Notes under the pieces: generated by a model
Database searches by the model: none
The model's input: only the letters and a program-made list of their open reading frames with translations
What the model was told of the DNA's origin: nothing
Program-made: the position numbers and the translations under genes
Part shown: positions 41,467 to 58,937 of the stretch, in pieces
Numbering within the stretch: position 1 is the first letter of the stretch
How the letters are laid out: every line of letters begins with the position of its first letter
NCBI GenBank assembly: GCA_012295275.1
Contig: CM022675.1
Location: 10,416,001 to 10,480,000, forward strand
Direction: 5' to 3'
DNA length: 64,000 bases
Source of the DNA: Chrysomallon squamiferum
Lineage: Eukaryota > Animalia > Mollusca

Positions 41467-42146
41467 CAAAGGATAACAGTAGAAAAATTATCCTAATGTA
41501 TTGAGCAGGAGAATCAATCCTTCAGCATTCTACGTCTTATGCTCTTGGTATAGCCAGTAAGTTGTAATACTGAATAAATCATTTATTAAATGTCACTTTT
41601 AAAGATCAGTACACATTATAAAATATTTAGTTTCCGAATATTCTATCAAATATACTGATTTTACACTGTTTGTATTTATTATTTTTTAAATAGTGGAATG
41701 GCTATTTGAAGTATTTCAGTTAGTCTGCTACTTTATTAAAACATTAGTTGATTTTAAATATATTAAATTGTGACTAATCTAATGATGTTATTTTAAAATA
41801 CCATGTTATATGTAAATGACAGAGTATATCATGATTACAAAAAAAATATCACTCATTGCAAACGAAAATATTTAACGTGTAATATTTTATTAAAGTAAAT
41901 AATATTAAATTCATAAAAAGTAATTTCTAATTTAATTTGAAATAAGTTAACAAGTTGAGACAAGTTTCTTGCACCACTTTGTTTTACTATTAAAATGATC
42001 ATATCGAGTGCAAAAGGTTACACCAAATCATTGTAATAATACAGTACTGTACCATGTTTTTATAACATCTATATTATGGTGTAATTTTACATTATTACTT
42101 TCAAGTAATATCTTACTCTGCGACACCGTCTGCTAAAATCTGCCAT
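30499..42146 (-). CDS. CEP70: Centrosomal protein of 70 kDa, 19 exons, ~626 aa
   Basis: Minus-strand exons: 42146-42117, 41399-41322, 40725-40626, 40415-40349, 39741-39654, 39352-39185, 38643-38558, 38028-37960, 37499-37409, 36908-36820, 36356-36279, 34662-34551, 34199-34101, 33664-33512, 33193-33053, 32621-32447, 31916-31802, 31285-31206, 30560-30499 (1881 nt, all GT-AG). Diagnostic peptides: [73 protein letters not shown]. The first two exons are less certain. Confidence 0.92.
30779..30880. repeat. ~34-bp minisatellite x3
   Basis: AATATATTTGAAGTTTAATCTTTGT(T)AAAAACAG-like unit repeated three times in the last CEP70 intron. Confidence 0.75.
32861..32917. repeat. (AAT)n microsatellite
   Basis: Directly visible. 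Confidence 0.95.
34418..34494. repeat. (CT)n microsatellite
   Basis: Directly visible. Confidence 0.95.
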
Positions 42147-42975
42147 TGTTTTTATAACACAGAATGCTGAAAACAACAAACGTAATTTCCTTCTCTTTAT
42201 TTAGAGACCCATCATTAATAAAGTAGTACGAGTACTGTGAAATAAATATTCGTCAGCAGAAAAATGTATTAGCTTTTATTTATGCCGTTATTTAATCAGA
42301 CAATAAATATGTCAGTTATTTATATAAACCTAAGGAAAACAGATCGCTAAAAAGACGGATAAAAAATAAAACTCGATCTAAACGAATCTCTGATTGAAGG
42401 GAGGAAATGTCGTTAGAAAATAAAGTATGGCATTACTATAAATTGTGATTAAATATCTTACTTTCTTAGGTACCTTGGGACTTCATGTCAATGTAATTTC
42501 ATAACAAATTATGTATTATATTAAAATATAATATTTTGTCGATGTATTGGATTATATCAGGATGTCTGTCATAAAAAGTGATAGTTCCATTTTTTATTTG
42601 TAATGTTATATATCTATGCCAAAAACATATTTACTGTTCAGTAGTCAGAACAGTTCGCCAACATTTGTAATTACTAAGGCCTTTGGCAAATATTCCAAAA
42701 AGAAACAGGCTAAGTTAGAAATATGTTAACACTTTATTAAAGTAGACGATTGAGTAGATGCATTTAATGCATCGTTAGGTTGATATTTTTGAAATACTAC
42801 AACTACAACTACTACTACTACTACTACTATTACAACTACTACTACTACTATTACTGCTCCTACTGCTACTACTACTACTAGTGTTGTTAATAATAATAAA
42901 TACAAACATAATATTAATTTAAAAATTGAAATAAATTTTAATGGATCAGTTATTTTTATTTATTTGTTTTCATAG
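42147..42975. promoter_or_regulatory. Probable bidirectional promoter between head-to-head CEP70 and HSPBAP1
   Basis: Divergent start codons ~850 bp apart (42146 on -, 43000 on +). CpGs return locally at ~42000-42780. The acceptor at 42975 implies an upstream HSPBAP1 exon inside this gap. Confidence 0.6.
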
Positions 42976-42999
42976 AGAAACAGTGAAAAGAAATACAAA

Positions 43000-47985
<4,986 letters not shown>

Positions 47986-49020
47986 CTGTTTGGTGATATT
48001 TTACATTTGTTAGAAAAGAAACGATTACTGATATAAAAAAAAACAAAAACATTAGGAATTTATTATTTATTATATATATATATTTTTGAAGATTTTTTTT
48101 TTTTTTTTTTTTTTTTAATTTTGTATATTGCTGGTTTAAAATTATATCAAACAGAATTTTACTGGGAATTAAAATCAGTTAAAGACATGTTGTTTTTTTC
48201 TGGAAAATGGTTAGAAGAAACTGGATAAATGCGTAAGAAATTAATATAATTTTTTTTTTTTTGTTGTTTTTTTAGGAAATAAAATATTTTTACCAAACAA
48301 AATGGATCTCTATATATCAATAATAGTTCTGTTAAAGTTTTCATTCTGCCTCAATAAATTTTGTCATATATCTATATAATAAAATAAAAGAAAAGAATTA
48401 AAAATTTATTTTATTTTTATTTCATCACAGGTCATATTAACAGAAAGAGATATAAATTATATAAATAAAAATAACTTAAAACCCTGTAAATAATATAAAT
48501 AATTTAACAAATGGCATCAACAAAAAATGCGTAAAACATAAAAGATATTTTAAAAAAACATAAAGATAATCTAATAAAACAAATACGAACGTTATAGAGC
48601 AGCTGGAATTTTATTACACACAAAAACGTTTAAATGTTAATTTGTGACCTTATTTAAACTTAAAATTGATGGATAAATGTAGTGTGAAGCCAAAAAATAA
48701 AAGCAGAAAGACCCGCAGATAAAGTCTACATTTGACGAACTTTGACAGTTTTAGATAGCTGAGACTATAAGAACAAACAAAACATTCTCAACACGATAAT
48801 GGTAAGTATTTCATCGATCTTTACAGCTGATTAACAGAAAATTAAACAGTTTTGGGACTGCAGTAGATAAACAGTAAACTTATGACAGAATCTTGCATCT
48901 TTGAATATCAGAATAATAAAAAAAAAGATGACGCATATAGTTACACTATGAAGCAAGATTTACAGTTGACAAACGGTAAACTTTTGACGGAATTTAACGT
49001 TGACAGGTGACCGATAAAAG

Positions 49021-50777
49021 TCAACTTTTGACGGACTTTGTCGTTGGTGGGTAGCTGAAAACACAGTGAAATACCACCTGTCCCGCTTTCTCGATTTCAA
49101 AACAGGCCAAATACCCGTTCTTAACGCATTCCCACGTGTGTATGACCAGCTCGTCACCTTCGAGGTTTTCACCCGAAAAACCCATCCGGATGTTTCTCAG
49201 TCCCCGTTTGACAACATCCTTGTTGATGTTCCTGTAGAAGCACTTTCTGATTGCATCGTGCAGAGCGTCCAGACAGAAGTGAACGTAGGAAATCCAGTGT
49301 ACGTGGTTGTAATTGTCTGTGTGAGTCCATTTTACAGTGACCTTGGAAATGCACGTTTCCATCGGTCTCGCCGTCTTCTGAACGATGAGCGGCTCGGCTT
49401 CTCCGGCCAGACTCGAGTACTTGCTCTTCCACCAGTCCGGTATGGGCGTGGGCCGTCGCGTTTCTTTGTTGATGTAGACGAGCTGGTAGATGAAGTTCAG
49501 CAGCTTGTGGCCCGTCGGCGGGACGCTGAGGGTGCCCACGTTGTTGAACGACGATTTGCCGATGAAGCCGAGGTGAAACTTGAAGTTCATGGGCCATTTC
49601 GATACCTCGTCGTTGTACATGTCTTTTTCAATATCCATCTCGAATGACGCCATGAACGTGTAGCCTGCTTTCGTTAGAAGTGCGTAGTCGAAGTGCGTGC
49701 GGCCCGTTTTATCCAAAGGTTTCATGTGAGCAAAAAACTGCGATGAACTGACCAGACTCAACAGTCCAGTAATACTTGGATTTCCTAGCATCAGAACGAG
49801 AGACAGAGCGAGAAAGAGGCAAATGAAATGAAAAAGTAATATAAATGAATAAATCAAGTAAACACATATTACAAATAAATAAAACGTATCTTTTACGAAC
49901 TGATAATAATAATTATTATTTCGTTGAATGTTTTCCAACAAGGCAAATAATGTTATTAGTGGTGATAAATAGAAATGAAAATAGGTGAAGTTGATAATAA
50001 TAATAATATCATCGTCATAGATTTTAATATTTATTTCTGTCTCACTTGTATTGTTCTTCACTAGACATTCTGTATTTGAAAAGGGTGACTTTGGGTTTAA
50101 TCTACTCGCATTAAAATAAATGAATAAATAAATAAATAAATAAATAAATAAAATAAAATGTTATTTTCTCCCCTTCCTTGTGTCGGTTTTCACTGGACAT
50201 TCTGTATTAGAAAGATGTGACGTTTTGGATTAATTTATACACCAAAATAAAAAAAAAAATAAATAAAAATAAATAAATAAAATGTAAATTAAAAATAAAT
50301 AAATAAAATAAATAAAAAGATAAATAATACTAACAAAAAATAAAAACATTTTAAAATTATTATCTTATGTGTGAATATATGAAAATACCATCTCTGTCAA
50401 AAGAGTCAAAACACAATCCTGGCACACAAACTTTGACCTCGTTCTCCTCTTCATTTATCTCGATTTTGAAACCCATCTGTTCCATATGCCGTATCCTTAA
50501 ATATTTTCTAGAAATAAAAGTCATTAGATCTGAGACCCGTATGTTCCGAAGGGTGGGACAAAGGATGGGGCAGCTGCTCTTCCCCTTAGAATCTCAAATT
50601 ATAACGACATACGGAATAATCATGAAAATAGTCGAATACTTCTGTTTAAAAAATGACTATACAAAATTCTTTATTTTAAATGTTATATTTAATTTTCTTT
50701 TTTGTAGCATATCTTTGAGATAAAAATTCGTTCAAATTAGACAATAATCTTAAACGAATATATAAAAAATTCTTAAA

Positions 50778-50852
<75 letters not shown>

Positions 50853-50964
50853 TAAATATTATTATTTAAGAATTGTATTATATATTCGTTTTTAAATGTT
50901 TTTAATATTTAATAAATACATATGACGAGTTTATATATATTATTTAATATTTTGTTTTTGATCC

Positions 50965-51040
<76 letters not shown>

Positions 51041-51504
51041 CCCCCATAAAACATTCTCAGAAATATTCTCATATTAGACAATAAAACTGACTTACTTAAA
51101 AAGAGGCGAAATTGGCCTGTATAAAATAAGAATATTAAACAAATAAAAAATAAAATAAATTAAATAAATAAATAAATAAATAAATAAAACAAATAAATAT
51201 AAATATAAATTAAGAATTAATAAGAAAACAACAAATATAAATATAAATAAATACATCTGAAATGCCAAAGTATGAAAACTAATGTTGATTTTAACATATA
51301 TTAATGAATATTATACCTGTCGTCGTTATCAGGAGTATGCTGGTCAGGATGTGACGATGACGCAGTTTTCGTTTCGACAGAAGACATTATCACTTGGTTG
51401 AAATTACCAGGATACTTTTTAAAAGAGTTGAAGAATGATGGTTGATTCAGCACCAAACTATGCCTGTTTGGAGCAAAAAGCCGTAGTATTTTGAAAAAGA
51501 TCAT
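49021..51504 (-). CDS. Double-hotdog acyl-ACP/acyl-CoA thioesterase-like protein, paralog A, ~356 aa, with mitochondrial-type presequence
   Basis: Exons 51504-51317 (ends phase 2), 50507-50389, 49784-49021; GT-AG and in frame (1071 nt). Hotdog motifs LGFIGKSSF, VYINKETRRPTPIPDWW, VKWTHTDNYNHVHWISY, MGFSGENLEGDEL. The 346-aa track ORF wrongly runs into intron 2. Confidence 0.8.
50752..50891. repeat. Inverted repeat (~33-bp arms) enclosing an (AAT)n microsatellite
   Basis: Left arm AAACGAATATATAAAAAATTCTTAAAAATAATAA; right arm reverse-complements to AAACGAATATATAATACAATTCTTAAATAATAA. Confidence 0.8.
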
Positions 51505-51773
51505 AACAAAAACGATAATTAAGATTGTTATTATTTGTCATAATTTTAAATTATAGTTTTCAAAAAGGGAGATAATTCTAAAACAACAAACAAACAAAGC
51601 CCCCAAAAAACAACAACAACAACAAATTATTCTATTTTACCGTGACATTGTCCGTGGCAAAACGACACGTCAGTCTTTGCTGGCAAAAGAAAAATAGAAG
51701 TAGAAAATAGCTTAAACATTCTTCTGAAAAATATATATTTATTCTTTAAATATACGTATTCTATTAATAGGTG

Positions 51774-51781
51774 TGACGTCA
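51774..51781. promoter_or_regulatory. Palindromic CRE (TGACGTCA) ~270 bp upstream of thioesterase paralog A
   Basis: Exact 8-mer in a CpG-retaining stretch, with a second half-site ACGTCA near 51667. Confidence 0.35.
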
Positions 51782-53652
51782 TACGTTGCAAACTTCCCTT
51801 AGACGATGGGTTTTTGCTAATGAAAGAATGAAATAGTTAAAAATAACATTTTTATTTTTTACTTTTTCTAAAACTCTTTACCCATTATGTATTCTGTATT
51901 CTTGTAAACGGCCTGAGTTACGAAACAGACAAGGCTATTTCTGAAATAAACTTTGGAATTGCTGCCAACAACAACAACATTGTTAAAAAAATGTTTAAAA
52001 AATAAAATAAAATAAAATAATAATAAAAAATAAAAATTCAATTCAATTAAATTTAATTAATTAAACACTAATATTAGACAGGTTTACCAAAACAACGATC
52101 AGATAATTAAAACTGACGCATGTGTATTACACAATTGAATATCTTTGATTAATTCAGTGAATCTAATAACACTGGCAATATTTATCTCTAATATTATTTT
52201 CTGAACATTTGGTGAAATGGAGAGATGACTACAATGAGGAAGAGAATAATAATAAAAACAAATAAAGAAATAGAAATGGATAGACCTAATATAATGGCAT
52301 GGTTTAGTGATATTTGTAATGAAGAAAATAAACTGCAGAGTGAACGCCAAAGCTTTTTTTTTTTTTTTTTTTTGACAATCCCACCCCCATCCTCAGTTTT
52401 TTAACATCAGTATTCCCACCCCCATCCTGTTTGAAACCACCAGCTAGCTCCAGCTGGTTTTGAACTGTATAACTAATACTTTTATACAACAAAATGTCAC
52501 GTTACGTTCAAATATGTATTTTTTAAGACCTTGGAAATGTAGTTCTACATTTAGCTGATTTAGACGAGTTGTCGTTTAAAAGCTATTTTTATTTCACGAT
52601 ATTCTGTTAAATTATAAAATATCTTACATATAGTTATAAGGACATATGTTACACCATACTGTTAAATACTGACGTGATTAATGTGAAAAATGTAACACAT
52701 GCGTAGCAATACGACTACATTAAATATTAAGTCTTATTGTCATGACTAGGTTTTCATTACTAAAATGTTATTTCTTACAAAATATATCTTTTACCAGTAA
52801 CATAATTACTTAATTCTGATGAATGCATTCTCCCACATAACCAACATCCACCCCCAAAAAAAAAAACCACACCCAATAAACAAAATTTTGATATGGTCAG
52901 ACTTTCTGTATACAAACAGACTCAGGGACACATGATGATTCAAATTAAAATGATTCATAATTATTACAGTCATTACATACTGAAGAGAAAGAAAGGTCTA
53001 CTGAGTATTATGCCCACCTATTAAAACTTCTAAATGAAATATATGTTATATTCAACAATTAAAAAGACAGCAGATTTCAATATTATTATTTATTCACTAT
53101 ATTAAAACCTATTAAACTACACAAATACAAACATGTACAAAACAGAAAAAAAGCTAAAATAGTATTTTCAAAATAAAATGATAAATTTCATCATAAATGT
53201 AAAAAATAGTAGTCAAAGGGCAAATACAGACTAAATCTATAATGCTTAAAATAATATAACAACATTATTACCTAGAAAATAATGACTAAATTAAGAGCTG
53301 TTTAAATGAGATATTGGAAAAACAATAATGAAAGAGATCAGTTAATTAATTTTTGTGTGTGTAAAATCATTTATGTCTACTTGGTAGGCACCTATTTTTA
53401 AACATTTATTTCTCAGTCAGTATATTAATATATTACCTATGTTTATGTGTGTGTATATGTCTCTATATATATAAATATGTTACTCACAGAAACACAAACA
53501 CCCACACCCACATACATATACATGTAATTCAAAGTTACTGATTATCACCTCTAACATATAAAAAAATAAAAGGAATATTTTCTATTATTCAGATTAGTAT
53601 TTTAATATTATATGAAATAACATCCTGAATGGAAGTACACCTACTCAAGTTA

Positions 53653-55062
53653 TTAAAGTTTTGATTTACTATTAAAATAACATAAAGTCGCGTGATATAC
53701 AGGAACTCCAGCTTTCTCTATCTCACAACAAACTGTCGTGTTGGACTCAGGACTCTCCCACGAATGAACTGTCAGTTCTTCTCCTTCGACATTCTCCCCG
53801 AAATAGCCCATCCGAATCTTCCTCAGCCCTCTTCTGACAACTTCGTTATTCACGTGGCTAAAGTAACTGTTCCTGATCCCATCATGCACTGCGTCAGTGC
53901 AGTATCGAATGTATGACGCAAAGTTGGCGTGCTTATAAGGATCTGTATCTGACCATCTGACTGTGAATGTAGTAGTGAACGTGTCCTTCGGTCTCGCTGT
54001 TCTCTCCACTATAAGTGGTTTGTTTCCGACTGGCACATTTTTGTACTTGTCTCTCCACCAGTCGGGGATAGGTATTGGCTGCCTAGAGGCTCTGCTGACA
54101 TAGACAACCTGGTTTACGTTTCGTAGAAGTAACTGCCCTGTCGACGGCACGTGTAACGTTCCGATGGTGTTCAGAGACGATTTCCCGATGTAACCCAGCT
54201 GAAATTTGAACTCAAGAGGCCATTTTGACACTCTTCTGTCATACATGGCTGGTTCGATTTCCAGTTCTACTGACGCCATGAATGTGTAGCAGTTTTCTGT
54301 CAGTTTAGCGTAGTCACAAAAAGTCCGTCCTGACTGGTCCAGAGGTTTGTGATTTCCATAGAATCGTGCATAAACAGTCTGAAACATCAGGCTAGTTATT
54401 TTTGGAAGATCTGTTAAAAAAATAATAATAATAAAAAAAAGTAATAATAATAATAATAATGATAATAATAATAATAAAATCAGCAACAAAAAGGATTTAA
54501 ATTAATTCAAAATAATAGCAGATAATAATAAGAACAAAAACAATACTAAAATCATTTAAAAATAAAATCAATAAAGATTTTTCAATAAATACTATATAAA
54601 TAATATTTATACATTATCCTAAAAAATGACTTATATTTCTGAAGTAAAACAAAAAAAGAAAAAGAAGAAAAAAAAATCAAATTATTATTTTGCAGTAATA
54701 ACTACTTAAAGAAATATTATTTATATATAATTTAATCATCTTTAAATTACCTAATTATTCTAGAATATCTAACTCAGCGATTCAAATTTGAGGGATATAT
54801 TTAATTTTCATACTTTTTTTAAATCTGAAAGACCGCTAAAAAAACCTACATTACATGCAATAACTCATAAAAATATATGAAATGTATTTAGGCTGTTAAC
54901 TAATTTAAGCACCAACTAAAATTTAATGTAATAAATACCATTGCTGTCGAAAGCTTCAAAAGGAAGGCCTGGGACATGAACTGTCGCCACAGTTTCATCT
55001 TCATTCAGTTTAAGTCTGAATCCAGCCTGCTCCATGCCCCTGAGAGGATTATGCATCTCCAT
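53653..55062 (-). CDS. Double-hotdog acyl-ACP/acyl-CoA thioesterase-like protein, paralog B, ~293 aa, C-terminal PTS1 (-SKL)
   Basis: Exons 55062-54939 (ATG 1 nt after the acceptor; MEMHNPLRGMEQAGF...VHVPGLPFEAFDSN) and 54410-53653. Same intron position and phase as paralog A. Motifs LGYIGKSSL, QPIPIPDWW, VRWSDTDPYKHANFASY, MGYFGENVEGEEL. Ends YFNSKSKL-TAA. The upstream 5' exon is not resolved. Confidence 0.82.
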
Positions 55063-55642
55063 TCTGTAGAAAGAATGATAAATTACTTTAACACAAAGAA
55101 ATATATGCTGTCATACACAGTGTATAGATGAAATACATTTCTGATCAATAATGAAGCTACACTTTTTTAGATTATAATCACCTTTCTTCTCAAAAGAATG
55201 AACCTCGTGTTTGATTTGTATAGAAAATAGCCCAATGGTTGTGAAATCTACTGTACTTTGTTAATCTAGCAGTATCAATCTATAAAATGCCAGCTGAGGT
55301 TTACCTCAATATTTTGTTAGAATTTGTTTCATTTTATTGCTGGTGTAGATATAAAAATGTCCTATAAAGTTGCATAAACCCACTTTTCCTCGTCTAACTT
55401 GGCATATCATCCAGTATTCACACAGGCTGTTGCCATGTCTGGTATATATATTCAATTTTTTTTTTTTTCTGTATCCGTTTTTGACAAAGAATGTATTTTC
55501 ATGCACATCATTCATGACAGTTCCACTGTTTGATAATTTGGTGGATTTGACAAGACTGATCAATGAAAGTAAGTTCATACAGCTTACATGAATTTTTGCA
55601 TATCTATAGTAATAGTAAAACACAAACGTGTTGCAAAATAGA

Positions 55643-55674
<32 letters not shown>

Positions 55675-57500
55675 CCTAAGCTGCAAGATTACTCACAATC
55701 ATACACTAAAACAGCATCAATCAGTCCCATACAAACAATAATTTAATAATAATTCAGATTGTTGTCACTGTTTGTATTAAGTGGATTGATCAAATTTTTC
55801 ATATCGACTATTATCTCAATATTTCAAAACACAAAGTTTGATAAATGAATAAAATAATTTGTATAATATTGTTGATCGAAAAAAAAAAAAAAAAAAAAAG
55901 AAACTATTTTAACTATTTTAACTCCAGACTGTGATTCACGATTTAGTTCCAAAGTCCAGTCTGTTCATAATTCTTGTATAATATAACATTAAAATGATAA
56001 CAATTAAAATAAAAACTATTTTAACTATTTTTTTCTAGTTTAAGGTGATATAAAATAATTATTACCTATTTTTTTTTTTTTTTTTTAATGAAATTCCCAA
56101 TGTAAAAATGCTTTTTTTTTTCTCTTTTTTCTTTTTCTTTTTTTTAATGGTTACTAAACTATCACGAAAACACACTAGATTAATTATAATACAAACATGG
56201 AATAAGATTTGTAACGTGCAAAACTCTCCTGATGTTTTTGACCCGATTTATAAATACTTCGTTGTTTTATTAACAAGTGAAGATTATTTCCCAGAAAGTA
56301 TCGTATCCCTTTAGAAACTGCCATACTATTACTATTAGAAAATATTAGATGCAAAACCATAAAAATATAAACATATCACATGTTTCTACCTTGTGGAACT
56401 TCCGTGACTGAAAAGTCTTAAAGGGGGATAATTCTAATTAACATGATACTGGTGCAAATGTAAAATTACATGTCCTGTTATGAATGCGAGAGGTTGTAAA
56501 CAAGCCTTTCCTTCGTACTGGCATCCGCTGTCTTTTAAGTATAAACAGAAGAAAAAAAAGAGAAAAATACATTAAATTTCAAAAAAACTGATAATCGATT
56601 TTAACTGTATTTATTTCCATTGACGACAAATTACATGCGAAATAATATAAAGAGGAGGAAAAACAAAGAAATAAATAGTGAAAAAACCAAAATTCCGTCA
56701 CAAAAAACAATCTCAAGCATAAAAAAATAAAATGCGAACAGCAGCAGCAGCATCAGCAACAACAGACACATATACACCTTTAACAAAACTGTAACAGAAC
56801 AGTAAATAATAAAATAAAATAAAATATATTGCGAACATTCAGATTTGAAGATACAGGTTATCATTACATTAAAAGATATTATGCATAAATATTGTTATGA
56901 TTTTATTATGATTAAAACAGTTTTGTTATAATATTAGGATAGGACGTCAGATTTTACAAAAGGAAATGACATATAACATTTCACTATAGAAATAGAAATA
57001 ATAGTAATAGTCATAATGATGATGATGATGATGATGATGATGATGTTAATAATTATATATAAACAAATCAATCAGTAAATAAATCAATAATGTAATGTAA
57101 CATGACGTAATAAAATAAAATAAAATAAAATAAAATGAAACAAAACAAAAATAAAAATAAATAAAATATACCACAGAACCTGGACGCTGTGCACTCACCT
57201 ATTTCACCTGTTTATTAATCTATCGGGTAAAATATTTTACAAGTTATCGGTTCTATGACCTTGTATTTGAGATGCTACATAGGTAACTGATAATCATCAC
57301 ACAGGTAACCGATAACGGTGCAGGTAGATACTTCGTATGTTAGAGATGACATGGCCGATGGCATTGTTAATTTACTTTTTGTTAAACTTACCAGAAAATG
57401 TAATAAGAGGTGAGGAAATATTTTCTTAACTTAACCGACTCTACTGTAGACGCATAGTAACATACACGAACCTACACATCCCTCCCCCCACATAGACAGA

Positions 57501-57542
<42 letters not shown>

Positions 57543-58597
57543 TACACACGCACACACATACACACGCATGCACACGCACACACGCCTATAATTCTTCCAT
57601 TCTCTGTGTCTGCTGGCTTTCTCTGTATATGTATGCAAATAATATGTGTATATGTTTGCATATATACACTTACTAAGCATCATTATTTTTATTCACAGAA
57701 TCATGTCGTATAAAGTCGATGGCCAGATGGAAAGATCTTAATTTAAAAATAACAGCCGCCACAGTTTTATTAGCTGTAACGTTTACTTTGACCCACATTT
57801 CCGATGACCTCTCATCGACGAAAAGTGACGTGGCTTCCGTGAACGAAAAACTGAGGTTTTCTGGCTATAAAACGAAGGTTAGCCGGCTGGGATGTTGCCA
57901 ATGTCTATTGTACGTCTAAGGGAGACAATCTAACTTTAATAAAAACTAATCGTTTGTTTGAGAGAGAAACTACTTTATCAGATTCTTTGTTTTGGGTTGG
58001 AGGATATGTTATGTTCACACAGTGGAAATGGAATGGTATGATATTTTTTTTTTTTTTTTTACCATTTATTGCCTTTGTTTAATTCTTTTTGTTGTGAATA
58101 TTTCACAAAAAGTAGATGGCCATGTTTAATTTCATTTCAACTGGATTCAATTAATAGTTAATAAATATTCGTACATGCTTTACACTTATATCGCTGTTTT
58201 TAATATTTGTGGAAGCATAAATTAGTGTCTAAATGAAAAAGTAAGAAAGAAAGGAAAAAAACACAAAAAAAAAAAAAAAAATGAAATTCATTCTAGAATT
58301 CATATTAAATATCTTGGACTACGTGGAAACGTAATATATTTACTTATTATTTATTATTTCTTCTTTTAACAATTACAACATCAGTGATGTATTCACTTAT
58401 CATGATACTGATGATGATTATAGTAAAAAAAATTACTGATTATAGATTGTCGAGGGCTCTGTATTGAAACTGAAAGTAAAACTGGAAGGAAGAATGAAGG
58501 TCTGGACATAAGGGAATAACAACTGTTCTGAACTTTGTTTTCTTATATGTCACAATTATACGTCTATATCTTTTGAGGTGAGTCAGATGAAAGCATA

Positions 58598-58621
58598 AGA
58601 GAGAGAAAGAGAGAGAGAGAG

Positions 58622-58716
<95 letters not shown>
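58598..58716. repeat. (GA)n/(GATA)n microsatellite
   Basis: Directly visible. Confidence 0.95.
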
Positions 58717-58720
<4 letters not shown>

Positions 58721-58889
58721 GAACTTAATAAACATTAAATCAGTATATAAAAGTACATGTAAGCGACATTCTTTTGTTTTACCTAAATAATCATCAAATA
58801 ATTTATTACGCTCATTATTCGTAATTTATTATTATTATTATTTTTTGACTTTAGTAAAGTTTTATCTCACTAAAATAGAAAAAAAAAAA

Positions 58890-58937
<48 letters not shown>

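Noticed and set aside
48960-49172. Alternative-frame ORF ending -CQL as a cryptic PTS1 for paralog A; also readthrough of TGA-C
   Set aside because: No plausible splice route into that frame, and CQL is a weak signal. Readthrough would end in ...TCQR, not a PTS1.
49066-49647. 193-aa antisense ORF and 142-aa alternative-frame ORF overlapping thioesterase A
   Set aside because: Expected shadow ORFs of a GC-rich exon; no recognisable motifs or splice support.
50060-50230. ~40-bp direct duplication (CACTAGACATTCTGTATT... / CACTGGACATTCTGTATT...)
   Set aside because: Local intronic duplication with no sign of function.
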